Shown here: positions 39,019-51,438 of the stretch, one piece after another
How positions within the stretch are numbered: position 1 is the first letter of the stretch
Layout of the letters: the number at the start of each line of letters is the position of its first letter
Assembly: GCA_038087875.1 (NCBI GenBank)
Contig: CM075994.1
Coordinates: 6,760,001 to 6,824,000, forward strand
Length of the DNA: 64,000 nt
DNA from: Malacoraja senta
Taxonomy: Eukaryota
Direction of reading: 5' to 3'
Program-made: the position numbers and the translations under genes
The notes under the pieces: model-generated
Told to the model about the DNA's origin: nothing
The model's database searches: none
Seen by the model: only the letters and a program-made list of their open reading frames with translations

Positions 39019-39459
39019 CGAGAGTTGGCATGGACCCTCAGATTCCTATTAAATTCAATTTCCTCCCTCTCACCTTAAACCTATGCCCTCCAGTTTTTTT
39101 AATTTCCCTACTCTGGGTAAAAGACATAGGCATTTACCGTATCTAGTCCCCTCATGAATTCTTGTGCACCTGTATAAAATCTCCCCTCAGCTACCTTCGC
39201 CCGAGAGAATAACACCTGACGAGTTTTTATTTTGTATATATTTCTTGTACTATTCTGGATAAAGTTGTTTTTTGGAGTAAAAGTGGAATGAAAGTCATTG
39301 CCTACCCCAATATAGCTCAGATCGAACAGCTGATCGACGAGCGTCACTGTGAAGAATCGGTCCCATAAATGTCGATTGCAACATTCACTTCATTCATTCG
39401 AGGCTCAGCGTGAGGTCTGAAGCAAAAGTGTTTTTTAAAAAGAATTTAAGGTGGAAATA

Positions 39460-39520
39460 ATGTCTGGGTACCACCTGTGCGTCTATTTACCCCTGCTTCT
39501 TGACCTCGTCTCCTCCGCAG
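39460..39520 (+). CDS. 2-Ig/5-TM gene exon 1: signal peptide
   Basis: ATG at 39460, MSGYHLCVYLPLLLDLVSSA, donor GCAG|GTAAGC, phase 1; lies in non-repetitive, relatively CpG-rich DNA. Confidence 0.75.
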
Positions 39521-40264
39521 GTAAGCAACGTGTGCAAGTTAAGTAAAGTGCTCAGATTAGTGCAAACTTGTGCAAGTTAACAGTAAAAAGTTGCAGCGAG
39601 AAGGTTCCTGCAGCGAGCGAGCGAATCCTCCCTTTCTCCGCGTGTGTGTGTTTGTGGGGAGAAATTGGGATATAATTATCCCCTCTTAAAATAATGCTCA
39701 GATATTCCCACCTTCTGCAGATAGACACAAAAAGCTGGAGCAACTCAGCGGGACAGGCAGCATCTCTGGAGAGAAGGAATGGGTGACCTTTCGGGTCGAG
39801 ACCCTTCTTCAGATTGCCCGGCCCGCTGAGTTACTCCAGCTTTTCGTGTTTATCTTCGGTTTAAACCAGCAGTTCCCCCCTATTGTTTCCCCGCTGCTTG
39901 TAACCCTTCTTTCCTTTCGTTTTTCATTTTCTACATAGCGTTTCGTTATCGCTGCGGTTTCATAGATTCGAGGGACAAGGGTTTGTGTACAAATATGTGA
40001 GCGTTGGGATTTTCTGCGAGTTTTCTGGGACCTCCTGTTTACCAAGTCCTGCTAATTCCACTACCACCAGTCCACCACCTCCTCTGCTCACGCTATCCTG
40101 GTTTCACGCACGAATTTGTGGCTTTATTCGCGATCTTTATTTAAACGCTTATTTTCTTGCCTGAGTTTCCTTGTAATATTTGTCCCGCCGTCGCGCCTTT
40201 GAGCTGAGAAAGAGACGAAGTGCTTGATGACTCAGCGGGTCAGGCAGCATCTCTAGAGAACGGT

Positions 40265-40293
40265 CTGAAGAAGGGTCTCGACCCGAAACGTCA
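40265..40293 (+). ncRNA. Minimal type I hammerhead ribozyme motif in a Penelope-derived terminal repeat
   Basis: CTGAAGA-A-GGGTCTCGACCC-GAAA-CGTC|A: CUGANGA core, stem II GGGT/ACCC, GAAA, palindromic ACGU stem III, GUC cleavage triplet. Identical copies at 43476-43504 and 59154-59182. Confidence 0.65.
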
Positions 40294-40735
40294 CCCATTC
40301 CTTCTCTCCAGAGATGCTGCCTGTCCCGCTGAGTTACTCCAGCTTTTTGTGTCTATCTTCGGTTTCAACCAGCATCTGCAGTTCCTCCCGGAAGTCACAT
40401 GGACGTCTTTGATTCTGGTTAAAGAAATGGTATCTGCAGTTCCTTCCTACACACCCTAGAGAACGTGTTTAGTAAGACCTATCCATGTTCTCCAGGAATG
40501 CTGCCAAACCCGCTGAGTTACTCACAAATAGTTGGAGTAACTCAGCGGGTCAGGCAGCATCTCTGGAGGAAAAATAATTGGTGTCATTTCGAGTCGGAAA
40601 CGTCACCTATCCATGTTCTCCACAGATGATGCCTGATCCTCTGAGTTACTGCAGCTTTTTGTGTCTATCTTCGGTGCAAACCAGCATCTGCAGTTCCACA
40701 CAGTTTGGTATTTGGTTGGGGCTTGATTTCTTGAA

Positions 40736-43570
40736 GATAGACACAAGAAGCTGGAGTAACCCAGCGGGGGACAGGCAGCGTCTCTGGGGAGAAGGAATGG
40801 ATGATATTTTGGGTCGAGACCTTTTTTCAGACTGGTTAGGGATGAGGGACACGAGAGATATAGGTGGTGATGTGGAGAGATAAAGAACAATGAATGAAAG
40901 ATATGCAAAAAAGTTACGATGATAAAGGAAACAGGCCATTGTTAGCTTCTTTGGTGAAAATGAGAAGCTGGTGTGACTTGGGTGGGGGAGGGATGGAGGG
41001 AGAGGGAATGCAAGGGTTACTTGAAGTGAGAGAAATCAATGTTCATACCTCTGGGTTGTAAGCTGCCCAAGCGAAATAGACCTACTCTCTCCGACGAGAA
41101 TTCTGCAACACTCTCTCTTTCTCTCTCTCTCTGCTTCCCCTCTGTGATATCTGACTCTATGACCACGTTTTAAACCAGACTCACTACCACAGCCACGTGT
41201 GTTTTCTTGGTGCTTGCCTGCACCTCCATCTTCTACCTCAGGGATTCCAGCTCCGGTTCTAGTCATCCCAGTTCGGACCCAACCAGGATTATAGGTACCG
41301 ACAGGTACTCGCTCTGACTGTCCCACAGCTCCGGGCCTCACTCACCCACATCTGCAACGGCCCCCAACTTTTCTTCATTCTACGCCAGATCCACACCCTC
41401 AACCAACGCTTCCTCGCCTACCTGGACTCCACTAACAATTGCTGAACAATCCCCATTCCAGGCGTACACTGGCCCTATCCCCAAACTCTATCGCAGTTAC
41501 GTTGCCAACTGCATCGGTGCCACCTCCTGCACCCATGCAGAACTTATGGACGTCATCAACCTCACCACCAATTTCCATCCTGTAATCAAATTTACTTGGA
41601 CCATCCCTGACACCTCCCTCCCCTTTCTTGATCTCACAGTCTCCATCACAGAAAATAGACTATTGCCTGACGTCTATTACAAACTCTCTGACTCCCACAA
41701 CTATCTCGACTATACTTCTTCCTACCCTGCTTCCTTCAAAGACTATATTCCCTACTCCCAATTCCTCCGTCTATGCCGCATCTGCGCCCAAGATGAGGTG
41801 TTCCATACCAGGACATCCGAGATCTTTAGGGAACGGGGGTTGCCCTCTCTCATCATAGATGAGGTCCTCACTAGTATCTCCTAGTCGCAACAGTGGCAGA
41901 GTCCCCATTGTCCTTACCTTCCACCCCATCAGCTGGCGCATACAACACATAATCCTCCAAAATTTCTGTCACCTCCAACGGGATCCCACCACTCGCCACA
42001 TTTTCCCATCTCCACCCCTTTCCGGCTTCCGCAGACACCGTTCCCTCCACAACTCCCTGGTTAACTCATGTGGATATATGTGAGGTTATCCACTTTGGTA
42101 GCAAAAACAGGAAGGGAAATTATTATCTAAATGGTGTCAAGTTGGGAAAAGGGGAAGTACAACAGGTTCTGGGGGTCCTTGTTCATCAGTCAATGAAAGT
42201 AAGCATGCAGGTACAGCAGGCAGTGAAGAAACCTTCATATCAAGAGGAGTTGAGTATAGGAGCAATAGGGTCTTTCGGCAGTTGTACAGGGCCCTAGTGT
42301 CAGTGAGACCACACACGGAGTATTGTGTGCAGTTTTGGTCTCCAAATTTGAGGAAGGACATTCTTGCCATTGAGGGAGTGCAGCGTAGGTTCACAAGGTT
42401 AATTCCCGGGATGGCGGGACTGTCATATGCTGAGAGAATGGAGCGGCTGGGCATGTATACTCTGGAATTTAGAAGAATGAGAGGGGATCTTATTGAAACA
42501 TGTAAGATTATTAAGGGTTTGGACACGCTAGAGGCAGGAAACATGTTCCCTGTTGGGGGAGTCCAGACATGTTGGGGGAGTCCAGAACCAGGGGCCACAG
42601 TTTAAGAATAAGGGATAAGCCATTTAGAACGGAAATGAGGATACACTTTTTCACACAGAGAGTTGTGAGTGTGGAATTCTCTGCCTCAGAGGGCGATGGA
42701 GGCCGGTTCTCTGGACACTATCAAGAGAGAGCTAGATAGGGCTCTTAAAGATAGCGGAGTCAGGGGATATGGGGAGAAGGCAGGAAATGGGTACTGATTG
42801 TGGATGATCAGCCATGATCACATTGAATGGCGGTGCTGACTCGAAGGGTTGAATGGCCTACTCCTGCACCTATTGCCTATTGTCTATTGCCATCCCTTCT
42901 CACCCAAACAACCCCCTCCACAGCTACCTTCCCCTGCAACCTCAGATGATGCAACATCTGTCGCTATACCTCCTCCCTCGACAGACCTTTCAAGTTAGGC
43001 AGAGGTTCATTTGCACCTCCTCCAACCTCATCTACTATATCCGTTGTTTAAGATGCGGACTCTTATACATCGCCGAGACCAAACGTAGACTGAGCGATCA
43101 TTTTGCAGAACACCTTCGCTCAGCCTGCCTGAATTCTCCTTCCCGTTCCTACACAGATCTTTCTGTCCTAGTTCTCCTCCATTGTCAGAGTGATACTAAA
43201 CACAAATTGGAGGAATAGCATCTCATATTTTGCTTGGGCAGCTTACAGCCCAGTTGTATGAATATTGATTTCTCTCACTTCAGGTAGCCCCGGCATTCCC
43301 TCTTTCTCTATCCTTCCCCCACCCAAGTCGCACCAGCTTATGTTTTCACCCTACAAACAGCTAACAATGGCCTGTTTCGTTTATCATCATTATTTTTTTT
43401 GCATGCCTTTCAATCTTTGTTCTTTATCTCTCTACATCACCATCTATATCTCTCATTTCCCTTTCCCTGACCAGGCTGAAGAAGGGTCTCGACCCGAAAC
43501 GTCACCCATTCCTTCTCTCCAGAGATGCTGCCTGTCCCGCTGAGTAACTCCGGCATTTTGTGTCTATTTT
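40736..43570 (+). mobile_element. Penelope-like element (RT C-terminal half and GIY-YIG) with an inverted 5' pseudo-LTR, interrupted by CR1
   Basis: NFHPVIKFTWTI..SLPFLDL..YYK.SDSHNYLDYTSSYP...IPYSQFLRLCRIC (41546-41884); FQVRQRFICTSSNLIYYIRCLRCGLLYIAETKRRL..FAEH (about 42985-43120); 40736-41078 is a diverged reverse complement of 43226-43570. Confidence 0.8.
42069..42888 (+). mobile_element. CR1 3' fragment nested in the Penelope-like element
   Basis: CEVIHFG...RPHTEYCVQFWSP...; tail CTATTGCCTATTGTCTATTG. Confidence 0.85.
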
Positions 43571-44167
43571 CAAAGAAAAGACTATACATGAATTGAAATT
43601 ATGATTTGGGCAGCATGGTGGTGCAGCGGTAGAGTTGCTGCCTCTCACAGTGCCAGAGACCCGGGTTCGATCCTGACCATGGGTGCTGTTTATACAGAGT
43701 TTGTACGTTCTCCCCGTGACCTGCGATGGTTTTCTCAGAGATCTTCGGTTTCCTCCCACACTCCAGTACCTGCCTCAACAACCTAGTTCAGTTTAGTTTA
43801 GAGATACAGCATGGATACAGGCCCTCCGGCCCACCGAGTCCGCACCGACCAGCAATCTCCGCACAGTAACACTACCCTACACTGGACATTTTAAACATTT
43901 ATACCAAGCCAATTGACCTACAAACCTGCATGTCTTTGGAGTGTAGGAGGAAACTGAAGATCTCGGAGAAAACCCACGCAGGTCACAGGGAGAACGTGCA
44001 AACTCGTACAGACAGCACCCGTAGTCGGGATCGAATCCGGGCCTCTGGCGCTGTGAGGCAGCAACTCTACCGCTGCACCACTGTGTGGCTCCTGTGACCG
44101 CGTGCGTTTTCTCCAGGTTCATTGTTTGTTTGTTTGTTTGTTTGTATGCTTGTTTTTTGTGTGTACA

Positions 44168-44200
<33 letters not shown>

Positions 44201-45885
44201 TATATGTATGTATATATATATATATATATCTGACAGCACATTCTATATGCCCCTTGGCTTCCTATTACTCCTCTATTACCTATGGTACCTGATATTCAAG
44301 AGTCAAGATTGTCTAGAGTTATGCATCTGGAGTGTTTAATTGTCATATGTACTGGCAACAGAACAATTAAATTCTTAGGTAGACAAAAATGCTGGAAAAA
44401 CTCAGCGGGTGAGGCAGCATCTATGGAGCAAAGGAAAAATAAATACTTTATATCTCTTTTGACGGCACTGGGCCTCTACTCGCTGGAGATTAGAAGATTG
44501 AGGGGGGACCTCATTGAACCCTGTAGAATAATGAAAGGCATAGATAAGAATGGATGTGGAGAGGATGTTTCCACTGGTGGGAGAGTCAAGGACCGGAGGT
44601 CATAGCCTCAGAATTAAAGGGCGCTCTTTTAGAAAGGAGGTGAGGACGAACTTCTTTAGTTAACATGTGGAACACAATGCCACAGAGGGCTGTGGAGGCC
44701 AAGTCAGTGGATATTTTTAAGGCAGGGATAGACAAATTCTTGATTAGAACGGATATCAAGGGTTATGGAGAGAAGGCAGGAAATTGGATTAGGAGGCAGA
44801 GATCAGCCATGATTGAATCATGATTGAAGGCCTAATACTACTCCTATAACTTGTGAACTTGTGAAATCTCTACATCACCGTATATATCTCTTGTTTCCCT
44901 TTCCCCTGACTCACAGTTTGAAGAAGGGTCTCGACCCGAAACGTCACCCATTCCTTTTTCTCCAGAGGCGCTGCCTGTCCCGCTGAGTTCCTCCAGCTTT
45001 TTGTGTCTATCTTCGGTTTAAACCTGCATCTGCAGTTCCTTCCTGTACAAAATTCTTACTTGATACAACTTCACAATCCTATTGGAATGACATACAAATA
45101 AACATACAATTATCAAAAATACCATAAATTAATAATCAGTAATGCTAGGTAATCAGTCCGTCACTAAAACAGTTTATAACACATTCTAGTAATAAAGCTC
45201 ACAGTATTCCCTCTAACACTTTAGTTCTCACAATTCTTCCACAATAACATCTAATCCTACCACTGCAGGACTATCCGAGGCACTAATTCATAAAATCATA
45301 AGATTATAAGTGATAGGAGTCTAATTGGGCCATTCGGCCCATCAGGTCTACTCCGCCATTCAATCATGGCTGATCTATCTCTCCCTCCTAACCCCATTTT
45401 CCTGCCTTCTCCCCATAACCTCTGACACCCGTACTGATCAAGAATCCATCTATCTTTACCTTAAAAATTACCACTGACGGCCTCCACAGCCTTCTGTGGC
45501 AAAGAATTCCACAGATTCACCACCCTCTGACTAAAGAAATTCCCCCTCATCTCCATCCTAAAAGAACGGCCTTTAATTCTGAGGCTGTGACCTCTAGTCT
45601 CAGACTCTCCCACCAGTGGGAGCATCCTCTCCACATCCAATGTATCCAGGCCTTTCACTATTCTGTACGTTTCAATGAGGTCCCCCCCCCTCATTCTTCT
45701 GAACTCCAGCGAGTACAGGCCCAGTGCCGACAAACGCTCATCGTAGGTTAACCCACTCATTCCCGGGATCGTTCTTGGGAACCAAGGGGGAAACCCAAGC
45801 TTAAATCTGTTCCCTCCGCTCTCCTGTGTTCTGAATTGGATCCTCCCGTGCCTCTCAGATGATGACTATTTCTCTTGGTCCTCAG

Positions 45886-46200
45886 GGAAAACGTTGACGC
45901 CAAGCTTGGAGTTGTTCGGTGCCATCGGATCATTCGTTGTGCTACCTGGTCCCGGCGAAAAAGAAGTTCAAAATGTGCGACACCTTCGGTGGGCATTTGG
46001 AAATATCCGAATTATAGATTATTTTTACCCCTCATTGCAAAACGCCACATTCACCAACTTCTATAAGGATCGATGCGAGTTCAACTATTCCAACGGATCG
46101 GTGGTGCTGAAAGGTTTAACAGCACAAGACCAAGGTCTCTATAAAGTTGACGTTGATTTAAACGCCAACAACAGCAGAGTCATCAAACTAAATGTTATGG
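45886..46200 (+). CDS. 2-Ig/5-TM gene exon 2: V-type Ig domain lacking the B-F disulfide (CD2/CEACAM/HEPACAM-like)
   Basis: TTTCTCTTGGTCCTCAG| (alternative in-frame acceptor gives exon start 45859). GKTLTPSLELFGAIGSFVVLPGPGEKEVQNVRHLRWAFGNIRIIDYFYPSLQNATFTNFYKDRCEFNYSNGSVVLKGLTAQDQGLYKVDVDLNANNSRVIKLNVM, then G|GTGAG; C-strand W, YxxR, NGSxxL and DxGxY motifs; phase 1/1. Confidence 0.9.
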
Positions 46201-47872
46201 GTGAGCAGTGTATTGGCTTATTATTGTGTTGCATAGTTTAAGTCTCTTATACAGCCTTGAAAGAGGCCCTCTGGCCCAACTTGCCCATGCCGACCAACCA
46301 CCATCTACGATAGCACCACCAGCCTGTGTTTCGCAAGTTCTAAAAGTAGAATTAGGCCATTCGGCTGATCTCTGCCTCCTAATCCCATTTTCCTGCCTTC
46401 TCCCCACAACCCTTGATACCCGTTCTAATCAAGAATTTGTCTATCTCTGCCTTAAAGATATCCACTGACTTGGCCTCCACAGCCCTCTGTGGCAATGAGT
46501 TCCACAGATTAACTACCCTCTGACTAAAGAAGTATCTCCTCACTTCCTTTCTAAAAGCGCGCCCTTTAATTCTGAGGCTACGACCTTTGGTCCCACCAGA
46601 AACATCCTTTCCACACCCACTCTATCTGTGCCTTTCATTATTCTGTAAGTTTCAATGAGGTCCCCCGTCAACCTTCTGAACTCCAGCGAGTTCAGGCCCA
46701 GTGCTGCCAAATGCTCATCATATATTAAGCGACCCATTCCAGGAATTATTCTTGTAAACCTCCTCTGTACCCTCTCCAGCACCAGCATATCCTTCCTCAG
46801 ATATGGGGCCCAAATTTGCTCACAATTTTCCAAATGCGGCCTGACCAGCGCCTTGTAGAGCCTCAGCGTTACATCTTTATTTTTGTATTCCAGTCCTCTT
46901 GACACATATCCATATGGGTTTGGCCCATATCCCTCAAAACTTGTCCTATCCATGTACCTGTACAAATGTTTTTAAAACCTTGAGATAATACCTGCCTCAA
47001 CTACCTCCTCCGGCAGCTCGTTCCATATACCCACCACACTTTGTATTAAAAAAGTTGCCCCGTCAGGTTCAGATGAAATCTTTCTCATTAAATCGATGTC
47101 ATCTAGTTCTTGATTCCACTACTCAGGGTAAATGCGCAGTCCATTCCATTCATGATCTTATACACCTCTATAAGATCACCCCACATCCTCCTGGGTTCCA
47201 AGGAATGTATAGAAGTTGGGAGGTCATGATGCTGCTGTATAAGATGTTGGTGAGGCTGCATTTAATGTACTGTGTTCAGTTCTGGGCACCATGTTATAGG
47301 TCTCTTGCCCAGAGTAGGTGAATTGAGGACCAGACTAGGTTCAAAGTGAAGGTGAAAAGATTTAATAGGAATCTGAGAGGTAACCTTTTCACACAAAGGG
47401 TGGTGGGTGTATGGAACAAGCTGCCAGAGGAGGTAGTTGAGGCTGGAACTATACCAACATTTAAGAAACAGTTAGACAGGTACATGGGTAGGACAGGTTT
47501 GGAGGGATAATCCTCCTAATCTCCTTCCTAAAATAACGTCCTTTAATTCTGAGGCTGTGACCTCTAGTCCAAGACTCTCCCACTAGTGGAAACATCCTCT
47601 CCACATCCACTCTGTCCAGGCCTTTCACAATTTGGTACGTTTCCTTCTCATCCTTCTAAACTCCAGCGAGTACAGGCCCAGTGCCGACAAACGCTTGTCG
47701 TATGTTAACCCACTCATTCCCGGGATCGTTCTCGTAAGCAAATCTCCTCTGGACCCTCTCCGGAGCCAGCACATCCTTCCTTAGATACGGGGCCCAAAAT
47801 TGTAACAATTTTATTTGGAAACTCCATAAAGTTGTCTTAATGCTCAGACCGTTTATTTTCATTCTTCATCAG

Positions 47873-48145
47873 AACGACTGTTGTCTCCTTCAATTACCAC
47901 TGGTATTGCCATGGTGGATAAGGACATTAATCTGACATGTCAAGTGGCTGGAGGGAAGGCGAGCTCAGTTCGATGGATGAAAGACGGCCAAATGATAACA
48001 AATAACGATGACACATATCGCTTATTGCGAAACAACTTCACCTTGCAGATCCAGAATGCCCAAAAATCAAATTGTGGAGTCTACACTTCCATCCTGGAAA
48101 ATCATGTCAGTGAAGTGAACCATTCTTACCATCTCTTCATTCATG
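47873..48145 (+). CDS. 2-Ig/5-TM gene exon 3: C2/I-type Ig domain
   Basis: TTCTTCATCAG|; ERLLSPSITTGIAMVDKDINLTCQVAGGKASSVRWMKDGQMITNNDDTYRLLRNNFTLQIQNAQKSNCGVYTSILENHVSEVNHSYHLFIH, then G|GTGAGT; phase 1/1. Confidence 0.9.
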
Positions 48146-48923
48146 GTGAGTAACATCCGTTAGTTTAGTTTAGCTTAAGGTTTCAGTTTTAGATCAAGAT
48201 CAGCTTTATTATTGTCACGTGTGCCGAGGTACAGTGAAAAGCTTTGTTTTGCATGATATCTAATCAGATCGGAAAATTACATAAATATAACCGTCAAACT
48301 CAAGTACAATAGGTAGAGCAAATGGGAGCTGCAGAGTGCAGAATATAGTTCTCAGCATTGTCGCGCATCAGTTCCAGAGACAAAGTCCAATGTCCGCAAT
48401 GGGACTTGTTCACTAGCTTATGGAAGGTCCATTCAGAAGCCTGATAACAGAGGGGAAGGAAGCAGTTCCTGAGTCTGGTGGTGCGTGCTTTCAAGCTTCT
48501 GTACCTTCTGCCGGACGGGAGCGGATGGAGGAAGGAATGACCGGGGAGGGACAAGTCTTTGATTATGTTGGCTGCTTTTCCGAGGCAGCGTGAAGTGTAG
48601 ATGGAGTTGATGGTGGGGACTCTGGTCTGTGTGATGGACTGGGCTACATCCACAACTGCCCGCAATTTCTTGTGGTCTTGGGCAGAGCTGTTCCCAAACC
48701 AAGCTGTGATACAACCCGACGGTATGTATTCTACGGCGCATCTGCAGAACTTTGTAAAAGACGTTGTGGTATCATTAGAGTCAGAAGAAGGTTCTCAACC
48801 CAAAATGTCACCTATTCCCTTTCTCCAGAGATGCTTCCTGACCCACTGTGTTACTCCAGCCCATTGTGTGTATCTTTGGAGACATGTTGAATTTCCTTAG
48901 CCTCCTCAGGTAATTTAGTTTAG

Positions 48924-48955
<32 letters not shown>

Positions 48956-50738
48956 TCTGTCACAAGTACCGAGATACAGCAGAAAGCTTTTTATTACGTG
49001 CTACCCAATCAGAAGAAAGACAATACATGATTGTAATCGAGCCGTACACAGTGTACAGATATAGGATAAAGGGAATAATGTTTAGAGCATCTGCAGTGGG
49101 AGAACTCAGAGAGCTGTGGACGCAGCTCAGACCATCACACAAGCCAACCTCACTTCCATTGGCTCCATCTCCATCTCATGCTGCCTCGGCAAGGCCAGCA
49201 GCATAATCAAGGACTAGTCGCACCCCAGTCACTCTCTCTTCTCCCCTCTCCCATCGGGCAAAAGGTATTGTAGTATGAAAACACACACCACCAGATTCAG
49301 GGACAGTTTCTTCCCAGCTGTTATCAGGCAACTGTATCATTCTACCACAACCAGAGAGCAGTGCTGAACTACTATCTACCTCATTGGTGACCCTCAGACT
49401 ATCTTTGATCGGACATTGCTGGCTTTACCTTGCACTAAACGTTATTCCCTTATCATGTATCTGTAAACTAAATGGATTTACTGGTTAGCACGGAACAAAA
49501 GTTTTTCACTGTGCCTCGGTACACGTGACAATAAACTACACTAAACAGTTCCACTTCTGAGTCCAGTATGCCGAGAGTTGCCTGAATTGGCTGCCATTTG
49601 TAGAGGCGTTAGTGTATCTTCTTTGCTGTTGCATAAGTATGGCTGGTTAGATATTGTTCGACTACACTGCAATATTTCCAGAACACCTCTGCTCAATCCG
49701 CCTAAACCCTAAACATACCTGATCTCCCGGTTGCCAAACACTTTAACTCCCCCTCCCATTCCCACACTGACCTTTCTGTCCTGGGCCACCTCCACTGTCA
49801 GAGTGAGGCTCAGCGCAAATTGGAGGAACAGCACCTCATATTTTGCTTGGGCAGCTTACACCCCAGCGGTATGAACATTGACTTCACTAACTTCAAGTAG
49901 CCCTTGCTTTCCCCCTCTCTCTCCGACGTACACTTGGGACAATTTACACTTGTACCAACCCAATTAACCTACAAACCTCTCTCCATCCCCCCCCCCCTCC
50001 GCTTCCCAGTTCTCCGACCAGTCTGACTGTCCCTGATTACATTGTATCTCTGTTTGCTCTGTTGTCACCTTCTGCCAGCCAACAATGAGTTATTCTACAT
50101 TCTCCTTGAACTTCATCCCCGTTGTAAACACTGCCCAGTCCATCATCAGCTCTGACCTCCCTACCATCGAGGGGATCTATCGCAGTCGCTGCCTCAAAAA
50201 GGCTGCCAGCATCATCAAGGACCTACACCATCCTGGCCACTCACTCATCTCCCCACTGCCTTCAGGTAGAAGGTACAGGAGCCTGAAATCTGCAACGACC
50301 AGGTTCAGGAACAGCTACTTTCCCACAGCCATCAGGCTATCAAACTCAACTCAAACAAAACTCTGAACATTAATAGCCTATTGCACTTTATCTGTTTATT
50401 TATGTGTGTATATATATTCAATGATATATGGTCACACTGATCTGATCTGTTCTGTATTTATTTATGCCTACTATATTCTGTTGTGTTGAAGCAAAGCAAG
50501 AATTTAATTGTTCTATCTGGGACACATGACAATGAACTCTCTTGAATCTTGAATCTTGCCTCGTCTTCACACCTTACACTTCCTTATCTCTGTGACCACC
50601 CCCCTCTCCCCTGACTCTCAGTCTGGAGAAGGGTCTCAACCCGAAACGTCACCCATGCCTTCTCTCCAGAGATGCTGTCTGTCACGTTGAGTTACTCCAG
50701 CATTTTGTGTCTATCTTTGACGTAAACCAGCATCTGCA

Positions 50739-51287
50739 GTGGTCTCCTAATTTGAGGAAGGACATCCTTGTGATTGAGGCAGTGCAGCGTAGGTTCACGA
50801 GATTGATCCCTGGGATGGCGGGACTGTCATATGAGGAAAGATTGAAAAGACTAGGCTTGTATTCACTGGAGTTTAGAAGGATGAGGGGGTATCTTATAGA
50901 AACATATAAAATTATAAAAGGACTGGACAAGCTAGATGCAGGAAAAATGTTCCCAATGTTGGGCGAGTCCAGAACCAGGCGCCACAGTCTTAGAGTAAAG
51001 GGGAGGCCATTTAAGATTGAGGTGAGAAAAAACCTTTTCACCCAGAGAGTTGTGAATTTATGGAATTCCCTGCCACAGAGGGCAGTGGAGGCCAAATCGC
51101 TGGATGGATTTAAGAGAGAGTTAGATAGAGCTCTAGGGGCTAGTGGAGTCAAGGGATATGGGGAGAAGGCAGGCACGGGTTATTGATAGGGGACAATCAG
51201 CCATGATCACAATGAATGGTGGTGCTGGCACGAAGGGCCGAATGGCCTCCTCCTGCACCTATTTTCTATGTTTCTATGTTTCTATGC
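50739..51287 (+). mobile_element. Young CR1 3' fragment immediately upstream of the TM1 exon
   Basis: WSPNLRKDILVIEAVQRRFTRLIPG...GYGEKAGTGY*, 3'UTR with a (TTTCTATG)n tail, inserted into a Penelope-type terminal repeat. Confidence 0.9.
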
Positions 51288-51321
51288 AGTTCCTTCCAAC
51301 ACATAATATTTCCTATTTCAG

Positions 51322-51438
51322 GTATTCCTTCTCTGCATAGCACAACCCTGAGCCTCTCCATTGTGGCTCTGATTTTTGGCTGCACAGTATTCATCGGCAT
51401 CATCGTTTCTTGTTTACTGGGAGGCAGTACTGCAATAA
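51322..51438 (+). CDS. 2-Ig/5-TM gene exon 4: TM1
   Basis: TTTCCTATTTCAG|; GIPSLHSTTLSLSIVALIFGCTVFIGIIVSCLLGGSTAI; A|GTAAGA; 117 nt, phase 1/1. Confidence 0.85.
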
